Shown: piece by piece, positions 1 through 7,031 of the stretch
Position numbering within the stretch: position 1 is the stretch's first letter
Layout: each line of letters starts with the position of its first letter
Source: an uncultured virus (IMG/VR IMGVR_UViG_3300028800_000075)
Lineage: Duplodnaviria; Heunggongvirae; Uroviricota; Caudoviricetes
Length of the DNA stretch: 20,000 nt
Strand: one strand, 5' to 3'
IMG/VR virus record: IMGVR_UViG_3300028800_000075
The notes under the pieces: generated by a model
The model's input: the letters and a program-made list of their open reading frames with translations, nothing else
The model's database searches: none
What the model was told of the DNA's origin: nothing
Made by a program: the position numbers and the translations under genes

Positions 1-2
1 TA

Positions 3-1874
3 GAGAAGTGGAGCCGCACCGGCCTGCTTCGTGGCCTCGATGGCCAGCGCCGAGAGATGATGGCGCAGCTCCTGGAGAACCAGGCAGCGCAGGTCCTCCG
101 CGAGGTCGGTAACTCGATCTCGACGGGTGGCGGTAACATGTCCAACTCGGGACAGATCTCCGGCTTCACCAACATCGCCTTCCCGATCGTCCGCCGCGTC
201 TTCGGTGGCCTCGTCGCCAATGAGCTGGTGTCGATCCAGCCGATGAGCCTGCCGTCCGGCCTGATCTTCTACCTCGACTACACTTACGGCACCAACGTCG
301 GTGGCGAGGGCACGTCGACGGCGGCGACCTACGCTTCCGGACAGTCGATCTATAACAACCCAACCGGCAAGGGTGTCCAGTCAGGATCGCTGGCGACGGG
401 CGGCATGTACGACCTCGTCAACGTGGGCTTCAGCAAGGTGCACCAGTCGGCGTGGATCGGCGGCGCAGCTAGCCCCTACAACACCGGTTCTAGCGGCCAG
501 GTCGGCGCGTGGAACAACCTCAACGGTACCTTCATGCCGGGTGGCCTCATCTCGGCAATGTCGGGCGTCAATGGCCAGCTCTGCAACTTCGACCCGCAGC
601 TCGATGTCGACATGCAGTCGGGCCTGCTCAACGCCGTCTTCCTGTACCTCAACGTTGCCGACATGCAGTCGAGCGTTGCGAACGGTGACTTCTTGGCCGT
701 CGAACAGGTCGCGGTCTTCGCGCTCAGCGGTACTGTTGTCAACAACGGCCTCACCGCCTGGAGCCAATCGTACCAGTCGGGTAACGGCGTCCTCAACCTT
801 CGCCGCCTCAACAAGCGCGGTAACCTCGCCAGCTCCAGCTTCACGCTGAACCCGCTGGCAGGCACCCAAGTCCAGTGCGTCCTCCAGACGCCGGCGTTCG
901 GTAACACGTGGCAGGGTGCTTCGGCGGCTACCACCGCCAACGGCGCGTTGCTTCGCTTCGATGCAGCGTCGAACGTTCGCTTCTCGATGACGATCGCAGA
1001 CGGCCTGACGACTGACCGCAGCGGCGACGGCGCCACGCTGGTCATCCCGTCGTTCGAGTCGGACTTCGGCGTCAACCCGTCGCCCGCCATCCCCGAGATT
1101 GACATCAAGATTGAGTCGATCTCCATCACCGCGACGACCCGCAAGCTCCGTGCTCGCTGGTCTCCCGAGCTCGCACAGGACCTCAATGCGTACCACTCGA
1201 TGGACGCTGAGGTTGAGTTGACGAGCATCCTGTCGGAGCAGATCGCTCTCGAAATTGACCGAGAGATCTTGAACGACCTCGTCACCGAAGCCAACGGCGC
1301 CAACATGTACTGGAGCCGTGCACCGGGCAAGTTCGTCAACAAGCTGACGGGCATCAACTCGACGCTGGCGACCAACTTGTCGATCGGGCCGCAGTTCACC
1401 GGCACCGTTCGCGAGTGGTACGAGACGCTGGTCGAGACCTGCATCGACTGCGCCAACACCATTCACCGCAAGACGCTCCGTGGCTCGGCCAACTTCATGG
1501 TCACCAGCCCCGACGTGTCGACCATCTTCGAGTCATCGGTGCTCTACAAGCCGAAGTACTCGATCGACGGCGAAGGTCAAGTCGGATCGCCCTTCACCAT
1601 CGGCGCGGAGGCCATTGGCACCCTGTCGAATCGCTTCACGGTGTACAAGGATCCCTACTTCCCCCGTAACCGCATCCTGATCGGCTACAAGGGCGGCAGC
1701 TACCTTGAGACCGGGTACGTGTACTCTCCGTACGTGCCCCTCATCGTGACGCCGACCATCTTCGCCCCCGAAGACTTCACACCGAGGAAAGGCGTAATGA
1801 CGCGGTACGGTAAGAAGATGGTGCGCACCGACTTCTACGGCACCGTCACCGTGCTCGACATGAACATCATCTAA
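3..1874 (+). CDS. gp23: Major capsid protein, T4 Gp23-like (5'-truncated; frame open from position 3: EKWSRTGLLRGL...)
   Basis: Gp23 family motifs: FPIVRRVFGGLVANELVSIQPMSLPSGLIFYLDY, TATTRKLRARWSPELAQDLNAYHSMDAEVELTSILSEQIALEIDREIL, YSPYVPL, FTPRKGVMTRYG; GC3-rich codon usage; no in-frame stop upstream of ATG 57. Confidence 0.96.
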   Translation, partial: EKWSRTGLLRGLDGQRREMMAQLLENQAAQVLREVGNSISTGGGNMSNSGQISGFTNIAFPIVRRVFGGLVANELVSIQPMSLPSGLIFYLDYTYGTNVGGEGTSTAATYASGQSIYNNPTGKGVQSGSLATGGMYDLVNVGFSKVHQSAWIGGAASPYNTGSSGQVGAWNNLNGTFMPGGLISAMSGVNGQLCNFDPQLDVDMQSGLLNAVFLYLNVADMQSSVANGDFLAVEQVAVFALSGTVVNNGLTAWSQSYQSGNGVLNLRRLNKRGNLASSSFTLNPLAGTQVQCVLQTPAFGNTWQGASAATTANGALLRFDAASNVRFSMTIADGLTTDRSGDGATLVIPSFESDFGVNPSPAIPEIDIKIESISITATTRKLRARWSPELAQDLNAYHSMDAEVELTSILSEQIALEIDREILNDLVTEANGANMYWSRAPGKFVNKLTGINSTLATNLSIGPQFTGTVREWYETLVETCIDCANTIHRKTLRGSANFMVTSPDVSTIFESSVLYKPKYSIDGEGQVGSPFTIGAEAIGTLSNRFTVYKDPYFPRNRILIGYKGGSYLETGYVYSPYVPLIVTPTIFAPEDFTPRKGVMTRYGKKMVRTDFYGTVTVLDMNII

Positions 1875-1883
1875 GTTCAATGA

Positions 1884-1896
1884 TATCAACCACTTA
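1884..1896 (+). promoter_or_regulatory. IHF-consensus site within an imperfect inverted repeat
   Basis: TATCAACCACTTA matches WATCAANNNNTTR exactly; flanking arms CTAAGT (1871-1876) and ACTTAG (1892-1897). Confidence 0.35.
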
Positions 1897-1918
1897 GGTG
1901 GTTGTAGATGAGGTTGAG

Positions 1919-1943
1919 AGGCTACTCGAAAGAGTGGCCTTTC
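1919..1943 (+). terminator. Probable intrinsic terminator or 3' hairpin after the capsid gene
   Basis: AGGCTACTC-GAAA-GAGTGGCCT, a 9-bp stem with GNRA loop, followed by only a short T run. Confidence 0.6.
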
Positions 1944-1977
1944 GCCGTTAAGCCTTTACAGGTATTCGCCAGAGGGA

Positions 1978-1983
1978 TACTTA
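1978..1983 (+). promoter_or_regulatory. Candidate late promoter motif TACTTA
   Basis: Same hexamer recurs upstream of genes at 2513, 4058 and 7079; TAGTTA variant at 7466 and 17283. Confidence 0.5.
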
Positions 1984-1988
1984 TTGAC

Positions 1989-2486
1989 ATGCCCGCATCC
2001 AGAGCACTACGCAACGAGATGGAACGCTTGGGCCTTGACCACACCAAGGCCTATACGCAGCACCAATTGAATGAGGCCTACGCCGCTCACCAGGCGGCGC
2101 AGCTTGCGCTGCAGGTGGTGCCCGTCGCAGAGCCTGTTGGTGGATCGTTCCCGGAGACAGCAACTGTCGCACCGTTGACCAGCGACGCCACGGTTAAAGA
2201 GACTGTACTTGAGCCCGTCACTCCTTCCCCCACCGCCGCCCCTGATCAATCCTTGACTGACGTGGAGCAGCAACCTGCCGCCGCCCCGCCGGTGCTTGTG
2301 GAGACTGCTACCGAAGCAGGATTACGCGTCGACGCGGCTCCTGTGACCGATGCTGTGGCGCTGGGCACCGACAGCCAGACGTCGCACACTGACGAGCTAG
2401 CCGTCGCGGCACCCGATGCCGCTGATGTGCCCGCTGCCGCCTCAAGCAAGAAGGGTAAGAAAAACGTCGCAAAGAAGTCTGACTGA
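1989..2486 (+). CDS. Hypothetical protein, Ala/Pro/Thr/acidic low-complexity with Lys-rich C-terminus
   Basis: Start moved to ATG 1989 (MPASRALRNEM...) because the ORF-track start at 1908 runs through the terminator hairpin; TACTTA lies 5 nt upstream. Confidence 0.7.
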   Translation: MPASRALRNEMERLGLDHTKAYTQHQLNEAYAAHQAAQLALQVVPVAEPVGGSFPETATVAPLTSDATVKETVLEPVTPSPTAAPDQSLTDVEQQPAAAPPVLVETATEAGLRVDAAPVTDAVALGTDSQTSHTDELAVAAPDAADVPAAASSKKGKKNVAKKSD

Positions 2487-2512
2487 CACCTTTACTTGTC
2501 ACACGGGCTACA

Positions 2513-2518
2513 TACTTA
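2513..2518 (+). promoter_or_regulatory. Candidate late promoter motif TACTTA
   Basis: Intergenic; followed by GGAG ribosome-binding site (2527-2530) and ATG 2538. Confidence 0.5.
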
Positions 2519-2537
2519 GTTACAACGGAGAACTGAC

Positions 2538-3065
2538 ATGAGCGTAATCGTCGATAGTAGAGGAGTTGTCGAAGCGGGTGATGGGCAAGGCAACCTGACG
2601 GTCGCCGGCGCGACGGTCACCAACATTAGCTACATGACGGCACAACCGCTGGTCGGTTCGGCCTCCTTCGGCGCCCCGGCGCTGTCGCCCGGTGGCCTAC
2701 CCGGTCTCACCGCCATCCCAGCACCGGGCTTTTTCGCCGTTCCAGTGTCTGGTTCGGGCGGCCCCAGCGGCAAGGGTGCCGGCGGCTTCACGGGTTCACT
2801 GCCCTCTCCGGCGACCTACCCAGGCGGCGAAATTCTCATCACTGACACCCTCGGTCAGTTCGCCTACCTCATCACCGGCTCCATTTCGGTGATGTCGAGC
2901 TTGACGGGTTCGTCAGGCGGCGGCACCGGCGCAGGTCTCGCCAACGCGGTCAGCGTCAACGGCACCAAGTTGACGGTCTCCCCCGGTGGTACCGTCGGCT
3001 TCTGGTCGGACAGCAAGGGTTGGCTGGTCTGCGCAGTGTCGGGTACCCTGATCCTGAACGCGTAA
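2538..3065 (+). CDS. Putative virion structural or decoration protein (Gly/Ser/Thr-rich, beta-rich)
   Basis: GGAG RBS; capsid-like codon bias; motifs FTGSLPSPATYPGGEILITD and TVGFWSDSKGWLV resemble the TLP...SDGxxW beta domain common in phage fibre proteins; near the capsid gene. Confidence 0.65.
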   Translation: MSVIVDSRGVVEAGDGQGNLTVAGATVTNISYMTAQPLVGSASFGAPALSPGGLPGLTAIPAPGFFAVPVSGSGGPSGKGAGGFTGSLPSPATYPGGEILITDTLGQFAYLITGSISVMSSLTGSSGGGTGAGLANAVSVNGTKLTVSPGGTVGFWSDSKGWLVCAVSGTLILNA

Positions 3066-3080
3066 TTCACGTCCTTCTCT

Positions 3081-3120
3081 CGGCACACTGTTGGCCCGCG
3101 GAAAGCGGGCCGTGCCGTTT
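3081..3120 (+). terminator. Intrinsic terminator-like hairpin
   Basis: GGCCCGC-GGAAA-GCGGGCC (3093-3111), extendable by CGGCAC/GTGCCG, followed by TTT. Confidence 0.6.
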
Positions 3121-3228
3121 AAGGCCGCCCACAGAATAATCGTGATCTGCGTGTTGTAGTTCAATGGGTCAGTTAATTGGGTCTTGTGCAGATGGTTTGT
3201 TCTTCGGCAGAATGTCTGTCTCAGACAC

Positions 3229-3257
3229 TTGTACACTCCTACTCACGGGTGTAGTGT
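3229..3257 (+). promoter_or_regulatory. Sigma70-like promoter candidate
   Basis: TTGTAC (3229-3234), 17-nt spacer, TAGTGT (3252-3257); upstream of AGGAG RBS and ATG 3301. Confidence 0.4.
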
Positions 3258-3300
3258 ATGTTTGACGGCACAGAACAAGGCCGACAGGAGAGTATAGATC

Positions 3301-3591
3301 ATGAGCAGGAAGAACCGTAAGGTCATTGCGACCAACAAGAACGCGCACATCATCAGCCGCACCGATCGGACTGGCAAGGTTCGTACCGAGACCAGCCGCC
3401 GCGATGAGGGTGAGCTCGACGTGGCAATTTCGACCGATTGGAACAACAACGCGACGCGCGTCTTCATCGACGCAACTGGTCGTGCCGATGGCCACAACCG
3501 TGGCTACGCCGATCTCACGCTCAACGGCCGACAGGCACGGATGTTGTTCTTGGCGCTGTCGAAGCACTTCGGCGTCACCGGCAAGTACTAG
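3301..3591 (+). CDS. Hypothetical basic protein (96 aa)
   Basis: Strong AGGAGAG RBS, GC3-rich codons, own promoter candidate and terminator. Confidence 0.8.
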   Translation: MSRKNRKVIATNKNAHIISRTDRTGKVRTETSRRDEGELDVAISTDWNNNATRVFIDATGRADGHNRGYADLTLNGRQARMLFLALSKHFGVTGKY

Positions 3592-3627
3592 CATCGAGTG
3601 AACACGAGTTCACAATAGTGTAGGATT

Positions 3628-3660
3628 GGGCGAGGTTCCTTATGGGGGCCTCGCCCTTTT
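3628..3660 (+). terminator. Intrinsic terminator
   Basis: GGGCGAGG...CCTCGCCC stem followed by TTTT. Confidence 0.75.
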
Positions 3661-3676
3661 CACATCAGGAGATCAC

Positions 3677-4033
3677 ATGAAACTCACCCTCAACGCACAA
3701 GAATTGTTGGCGCTGTACGACCTGCTCGAAGCGACGAGGCCGCGGCTTGCTATCGAGACCGATCAGGGGTCGCCCGACTTTCAGCTCCATCAATTACAGA
3801 AGCGTATCAGGTTGTGCATCATCGCCGCCTTGCGGGCCCACGGCACCGATCCGGTCGACGCGTTCCTGGCCCGTGAACAGGCCAAGATTGACGGCCTGAT
3901 CGGGCAACCTATCGATGTCAAGGGTCATGCGACCTCCAATGTCTTCACCAATCTCGACGATGAGGCACAAGAATCGATCAGCGACAAATCGCAAGATCGA
4001 AACGATCCATCATTTCACCCATGCTTCCGGTGA
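3677..4033 (+). CDS. Hypothetical protein (118 aa, MKLTLNAQELLALYDLL...)
   Basis: AGGAG RBS before ATG 3677; the ORF-track start at 3626 overlaps the terminator. Confidence 0.75.
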   Translation: MKLTLNAQELLALYDLLEATRPRLAIETDQGSPDFQLHQLQKRIRLCIIAALRAHGTDPVDAFLAREQAKIDGLIGQPIDVKGHATSNVFTNLDDEAQESISDKSQDRNDPSFHPCFR

Positions 4034-4057
4034 GTGTACCAATCATCGCAGGTGTGG

Positions 4058-4063
4058 TACTTA
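4058..4063 (+). promoter_or_regulatory. Candidate late promoter motif TACTTA upstream of tmRNA
   Basis: Ends 9 nt before the tmRNA 5' end. Confidence 0.5.
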
Positions 4064-4072
4064 TAGATGTAC

Positions 4073-4438
4073 GGGGATGAAAGGTTTCGACACGGCGAAG
4101 ACTTGGTGCGAAGCAGGCCAGGGGCGACCAGGTGCCCTGACAAACACGTGGTCACGTTTGATCGCCAACGATAACGGCATCGCTGATTACGCTCTCGTGG
4201 CGTAACCAACGGGTTCCCAACGACCTAGGAACAGAATGTTGGGCGCGCTGACACGTCGTCAGCAAAAACGTCTACCTCCCGACGTGATTGGGAGCACGCC
4301 AAAGCTCGTGAGTGAGGTGCGTGTAAGAAGTGTCCTAACCCACTAGTCCCGCCCGAGGACGATCAAGTAGATGGGCTAAACCTGTAGAATCGCACCGAAG
4401 ACGCGTCGTGGACCCGGGATCATTCCCCGGCATCTCCA
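4073..4438 (+). ncRNA. ssrA: tmRNA (one-piece), phage-encoded; tag peptide ANDNGIADYALVA* at 4164-4205
   Basis: 5' GGGGATG pairs with CATCTCC (4431-4437) including the G3:U alanine determinant, discriminator A4438; conserved GGTTTCGAC; helix 2 CACGGCG/CGTCGTG and TTGGTGCGA/TCGCACCGA; T stem CCGGG/CCCGG; pseudoknot 1 (CAGGGGC/GCCCTG plus GACCA/TGGTC); typical AND...YAL-A tag. Confidence 0.96.
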
Positions 4439-4464
4439 CGAATTCCAACGATAGAAAGACACAG

Positions 4465-4719
4465 ATGAGCACCAAGATCGCCGATCGGCGTCGAGCCAAC
4501 GGCAGTAGCCTCGATGGGCGCGCCCTGACCAATCGAGTTGCACTTGAAGTCAAGGGCATGCCGCTTGCACAGGCCTTCGCCACCGTACGAGCAGCCGGCT
4601 ATCAGTTGCTGATCGCCAAGCACGACGGGGTGCCTCGCCCATCGGAAGTTGATCACCTCGACGACCGCATCGTCGTCAACGTGGTGCAGGGGCTGATCAC
4701 TGATAGTTGGGCCGGGTAA
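4465..4719 (+). CDS. Small protein resembling peptidase inhibitor I78 / potato inhibitor fold
   Basis: Pattern VKGMPLAQA..VRAAGYQLLIAKHDG...EVDHLDDRIVVNVVQGLITDSWAG parallels the family pattern G..A....RV..DG..TMDYRPDRLNV.V..G.V....G; start moved to ATG 4465 because GTG 4408 is inside the tmRNA. Confidence 0.55.
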   Translation: MSTKIADRRRANGSSLDGRALTNRVALEVKGMPLAQAFATVRAAGYQLLIAKHDGVPRPSEVDHLDDRIVVNVVQGLITDSWAG

Positions 4720-4763
4720 ACTCTGTAGTATACCAGTCGCCCCGTACCAAGTAGAATTGTCAC

Positions 4764-4961
4764 ATGTCAGCACAGACCGAACGCCTCATTGAGGACATCA
4801 AGGCCGTTGAACAGCAGCTCGCCAAACGTTTGGCCGAAGGCATCAAGGATGCTTCCGACACGACGATCGACGTGCTCAACAAGCGCCTGTTGGAGTTGCA
4901 ACACCAATTGACCCACGCCAATCAGAACCTCCACGAAGGCCTGCGCATCCTCAAGAGTTGA
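4764..4961 (+). CDS. Small coiled-coil hypothetical protein (65 aa)
   Basis: Heptad Leu/Ile pattern in two helices; TAGAAT 6 nt upstream of the ATG. Confidence 0.7.
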   Translation: MSAQTERLIEDIKAVEQQLAKRLAEGIKDASDTTIDVLNKRLLELQHQLTHANQNLHEGLRILKS

Positions 4962-4963
4962 GC

Positions 4964-5137
4964 GTGACGCTACCTGATCAATCGTGGGATGCCCAGTTCG
5001 CTGACTTTTTGTCGCGTGTTGTGGCCGCGCGTGTCGCCGGTACAGACATGGCAACGCTACGACTTGAATACGCACAGTTGTTGGCAACGGCGCCTCCCGG
5101 CAAGAAACAAGCACTCAATCTCAAGGAGCTCACCTGA
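4964..5137 (+). CDS. Hypothetical protein (57 aa, MTLPDQSWDAQFADFLSRVVAAR...KELT), absent from the ORF track
   Basis: Open frame that fills the intergenic gap; its TGA overlaps the next ATG (TGATG, 5135-5139); alternative TTG start at 4958 overlaps the upstream stop. Confidence 0.6.
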   Translation: MTLPDQSWDAQFADFLSRVVAARVAGTDMATLRLEYAQLLATAPPGKKQALNLKELT

Positions 5138-5373
5138 TGGCAACAACACCTAACGCACCCCAACGCATTGACCTCTACCAACCCATCATGGCGACGAGAT
5201 CAGGCCCTCAACCGCTAGCACTCCGCGTCGGCGTTGCTAATACCACGTCGATCAGCGAGGGGGTGCCTTCGGGTCCCATCCGCGTTGAGACCTACGTGCT
5301 GTTGAGCGCGCTGCCTGAGGATCTCCGCCGCCGCGTTGAGCTGGCCGTCCAAGTGCTGTTGGCCGGGCGCTGA
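5137..5373 (+). CDS. Hypothetical protein (78 aa)
   Basis: AAGGAG RBS, TGATG coupling, normal codon usage. Confidence 0.75.
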   Translation: MATTPNAPQRIDLYQPIMATRSGPQPLALRVGVANTTSISEGVPSGPIRVETYVLLSALPEDLRRRVELAVQVLLAGR

Positions 5374-5409
5374 TCGATCACCACGCACCACGCGTGGTAA
5401 GATCGAAGG

Positions 5410-6018
5410 ATGAGCGCACACGGCTACATCCCGCTGGTCAAGCAGTACATCCATCAACGTCTTCCCAAGGAACACGTCCCTGCCTTACTTGAGGTCGGTG
5501 TCGATCGCGGGGTGATGTGGTTGACGTTGCTGACCTTCTTGGCCCGCACTCGCCAACAGTTCATCGCTGTCGGTGTCGACGTGTTGGTGCAAGAGCAGGT
5601 GCAGCTGATGCTGGCCCACCTCGACCGCGCCGAGCAACAGCAGGCCTACCTCATCGAGGGCAACAGTCTCGAAGTGCTGCCCAAGATGGTCGAACAAGGC
5701 ATGAAGTTCGACGTGTTGTTGCTCGACGGCGACCACAACTATCACACGGTGTCGCAGGAGCTAACACACCTTGAAGCGCTGACGCACCCGCATGCGATCG
5801 TGATAGTTGATGACGTATTCGGCCGCTGGAGTGAGAGGGACCTTTTTTACGCTGAACGAGAAGGGTATGAGAACATCAAGACTGCTACTCAACGCGTTGA
5901 CACTGAGAAACATGGCGTGAAAGTAGCAGTTGATGAATGGATCGAGATGAATCCTAATTGGCAACTATCACAGCCCATTGCGGGTGAAGCGGTATTGTTG
6001 ATGAGAAAGCATGCGTGA
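5410..6018 (+). CDS. Class I SAM-dependent methyltransferase (Methyltransf_24-like)
   Basis: Motif I LLEVGVDRG, then GVD, EGNS, KFDVLLLDGDHNY and IVIVDD, the characteristic series of this family. Confidence 0.85.
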   Translation: MSAHGYIPLVKQYIHQRLPKEHVPALLEVGVDRGVMWLTLLTFLARTRQQFIAVGVDVLVQEQVQLMLAHLDRAEQQQAYLIEGNSLEVLPKMVEQGMKFDVLLLDGDHNYHTVSQELTHLEALTHPHAIVIVDDVFGRWSERDLFYAEREGYENIKTATQRVDTEKHGVKVAVDEWIEMNPNWQLSQPIAGEAVLLMRKHA

Positions 6019-7031
6019 CAGGTCATCACGTCACTGCTGAAGATTTGCAACGTCGTGTTCAAGACGTACACGGTGGCATTGTTTTGCTCATCGAAAACAC
6101 TTACGTTAACATGGGTACCAAGGCGGAATTCATTGACGTTGATCATGGGTCATGGTGGACTAAACCTGGGAATGTCATTCACAGGCGTAGCAGACATCCT
6201 GCTCGATCAGGTAATATTGAACGGTGCAGAGCTAACTCGTTGGTACTAGCTAGTCGACCCGCTGAAGAACGCAGACACACTGACGTTGATGAAGTCAAGG
6301 AACGTCTCGTATCAACGCATGGAGGTTCATTGCGCCTAGATGATACCTACGTGAACATGGGTACTAAAGCCAGATTCATTGATAGCGAATTCGGTGAATG
6401 TTGGCTTGATCCACACTCCGTCTTGACAAAGAACAAGCAACATCCTGACCGCGCAAAACGTGACAAGCGCATCAAACTCACAACACCGATCACTACAATT
6501 GAGGCGCGTGTATATGAGAAGCATGGTGATGTTGTTGTGCTTGATAGTTCAACGTACGCCGGTGTCAATAGCAATGCTAGGTTCATTGATGTGGAGCATG
6601 GTGAATGGTGGGCAATTCCATCGAATGTGATGCGCGGAACCAGTCATCCAAAGCGCGCAGCCAAGAAGATCATGGCGGCTAGCTTTGGTGCAGCGTCAAT
6701 CTCACATTGGTTAACTGGTGAGCTATGTGTTGCTCGTGGTAGCTATGAACGGGCGACACTTGCGTGGTTGAACACTAATCAGTATGATTATGACTGGCAG
6801 ATCCCAATTACAACGCCCATCTTGACGCCCAAGGGAAAGCAATCGATCTACTACGTTGACTTGCTTATCAAAAGCGGTCAGTTTGCTAACACGTACGTTG
6901 AGATCAAAGGCACGTGGAACAGAAAGAATGGCCACATTGGCAAGGCGAAGTGGGAGTGGTTTCACGACGCCCATCCGAATTCGCAGTTATGGATGAAGGT
7001 TGAGTTGCTTGAAAGAGGCATTATCACGTGA
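6015..7031 (+). CDS. Putative free-standing homing endonuclease: three DUF723-like repeats plus a C-terminal PD-(D/E)xK (TnsA-N-like) nuclease domain
   Basis: Three repeats HG..(L)...TY....KA.FID..(H/F)G.WW..P.NV......HP; C-terminal RGSYE...WL...YYVDLLI...YVEIKG; visibly AT-richer than flanks; GTGA overlap with the methyltransferase stop. Confidence 0.75.
   Translation: MTGHHVTAEDLQRRVQDVHGGIVLLIENTYVNMGTKAEFIDVDHGSWWTKPGNVIHRRSRHPARSGNIERCRANSLVLASRPAEERRHTDVDEVKERLVSTHGGSLRLDDTYVNMGTKARFIDSEFGECWLDPHSVLTKNKQHPDRAKRDKRIKLTTPITTIEARVYEKHGDVVVLDSSTYAGVNSNARFIDVEHGEWWAIPSNVMRGTSHPKRAAKKIMAASFGAASISHWLTGELCVARGSYERATLAWLNTNQYDYDWQIPITTPILTPKGKQSIYYVDLLIKSGQFANTYVEIKGTWNRKNGHIGKAKWEWFHDAHPNSQLWMKVELLERGIIT

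Noticed and set aside
381..1466. Long minus-strand and alternate-frame ORFs over the capsid and giant genes
   Set aside because: Shadow ORFs expected from GC-rich codon bias and repeats; no recognisable motifs.
3915..4205. 96-aa ORF ending ANDNGIADYALVA
   Set aside because: Overlaps the upstream gene and the tmRNA; only the last 13 codons are meaningful, as the tmRNA tag frame.
4405..4445. tmRNA 3' end as a prophage attachment site
   Set aside because: No integrase and no duplicated tmRNA 3' fragment seen in the window; both flanks look phage-like.
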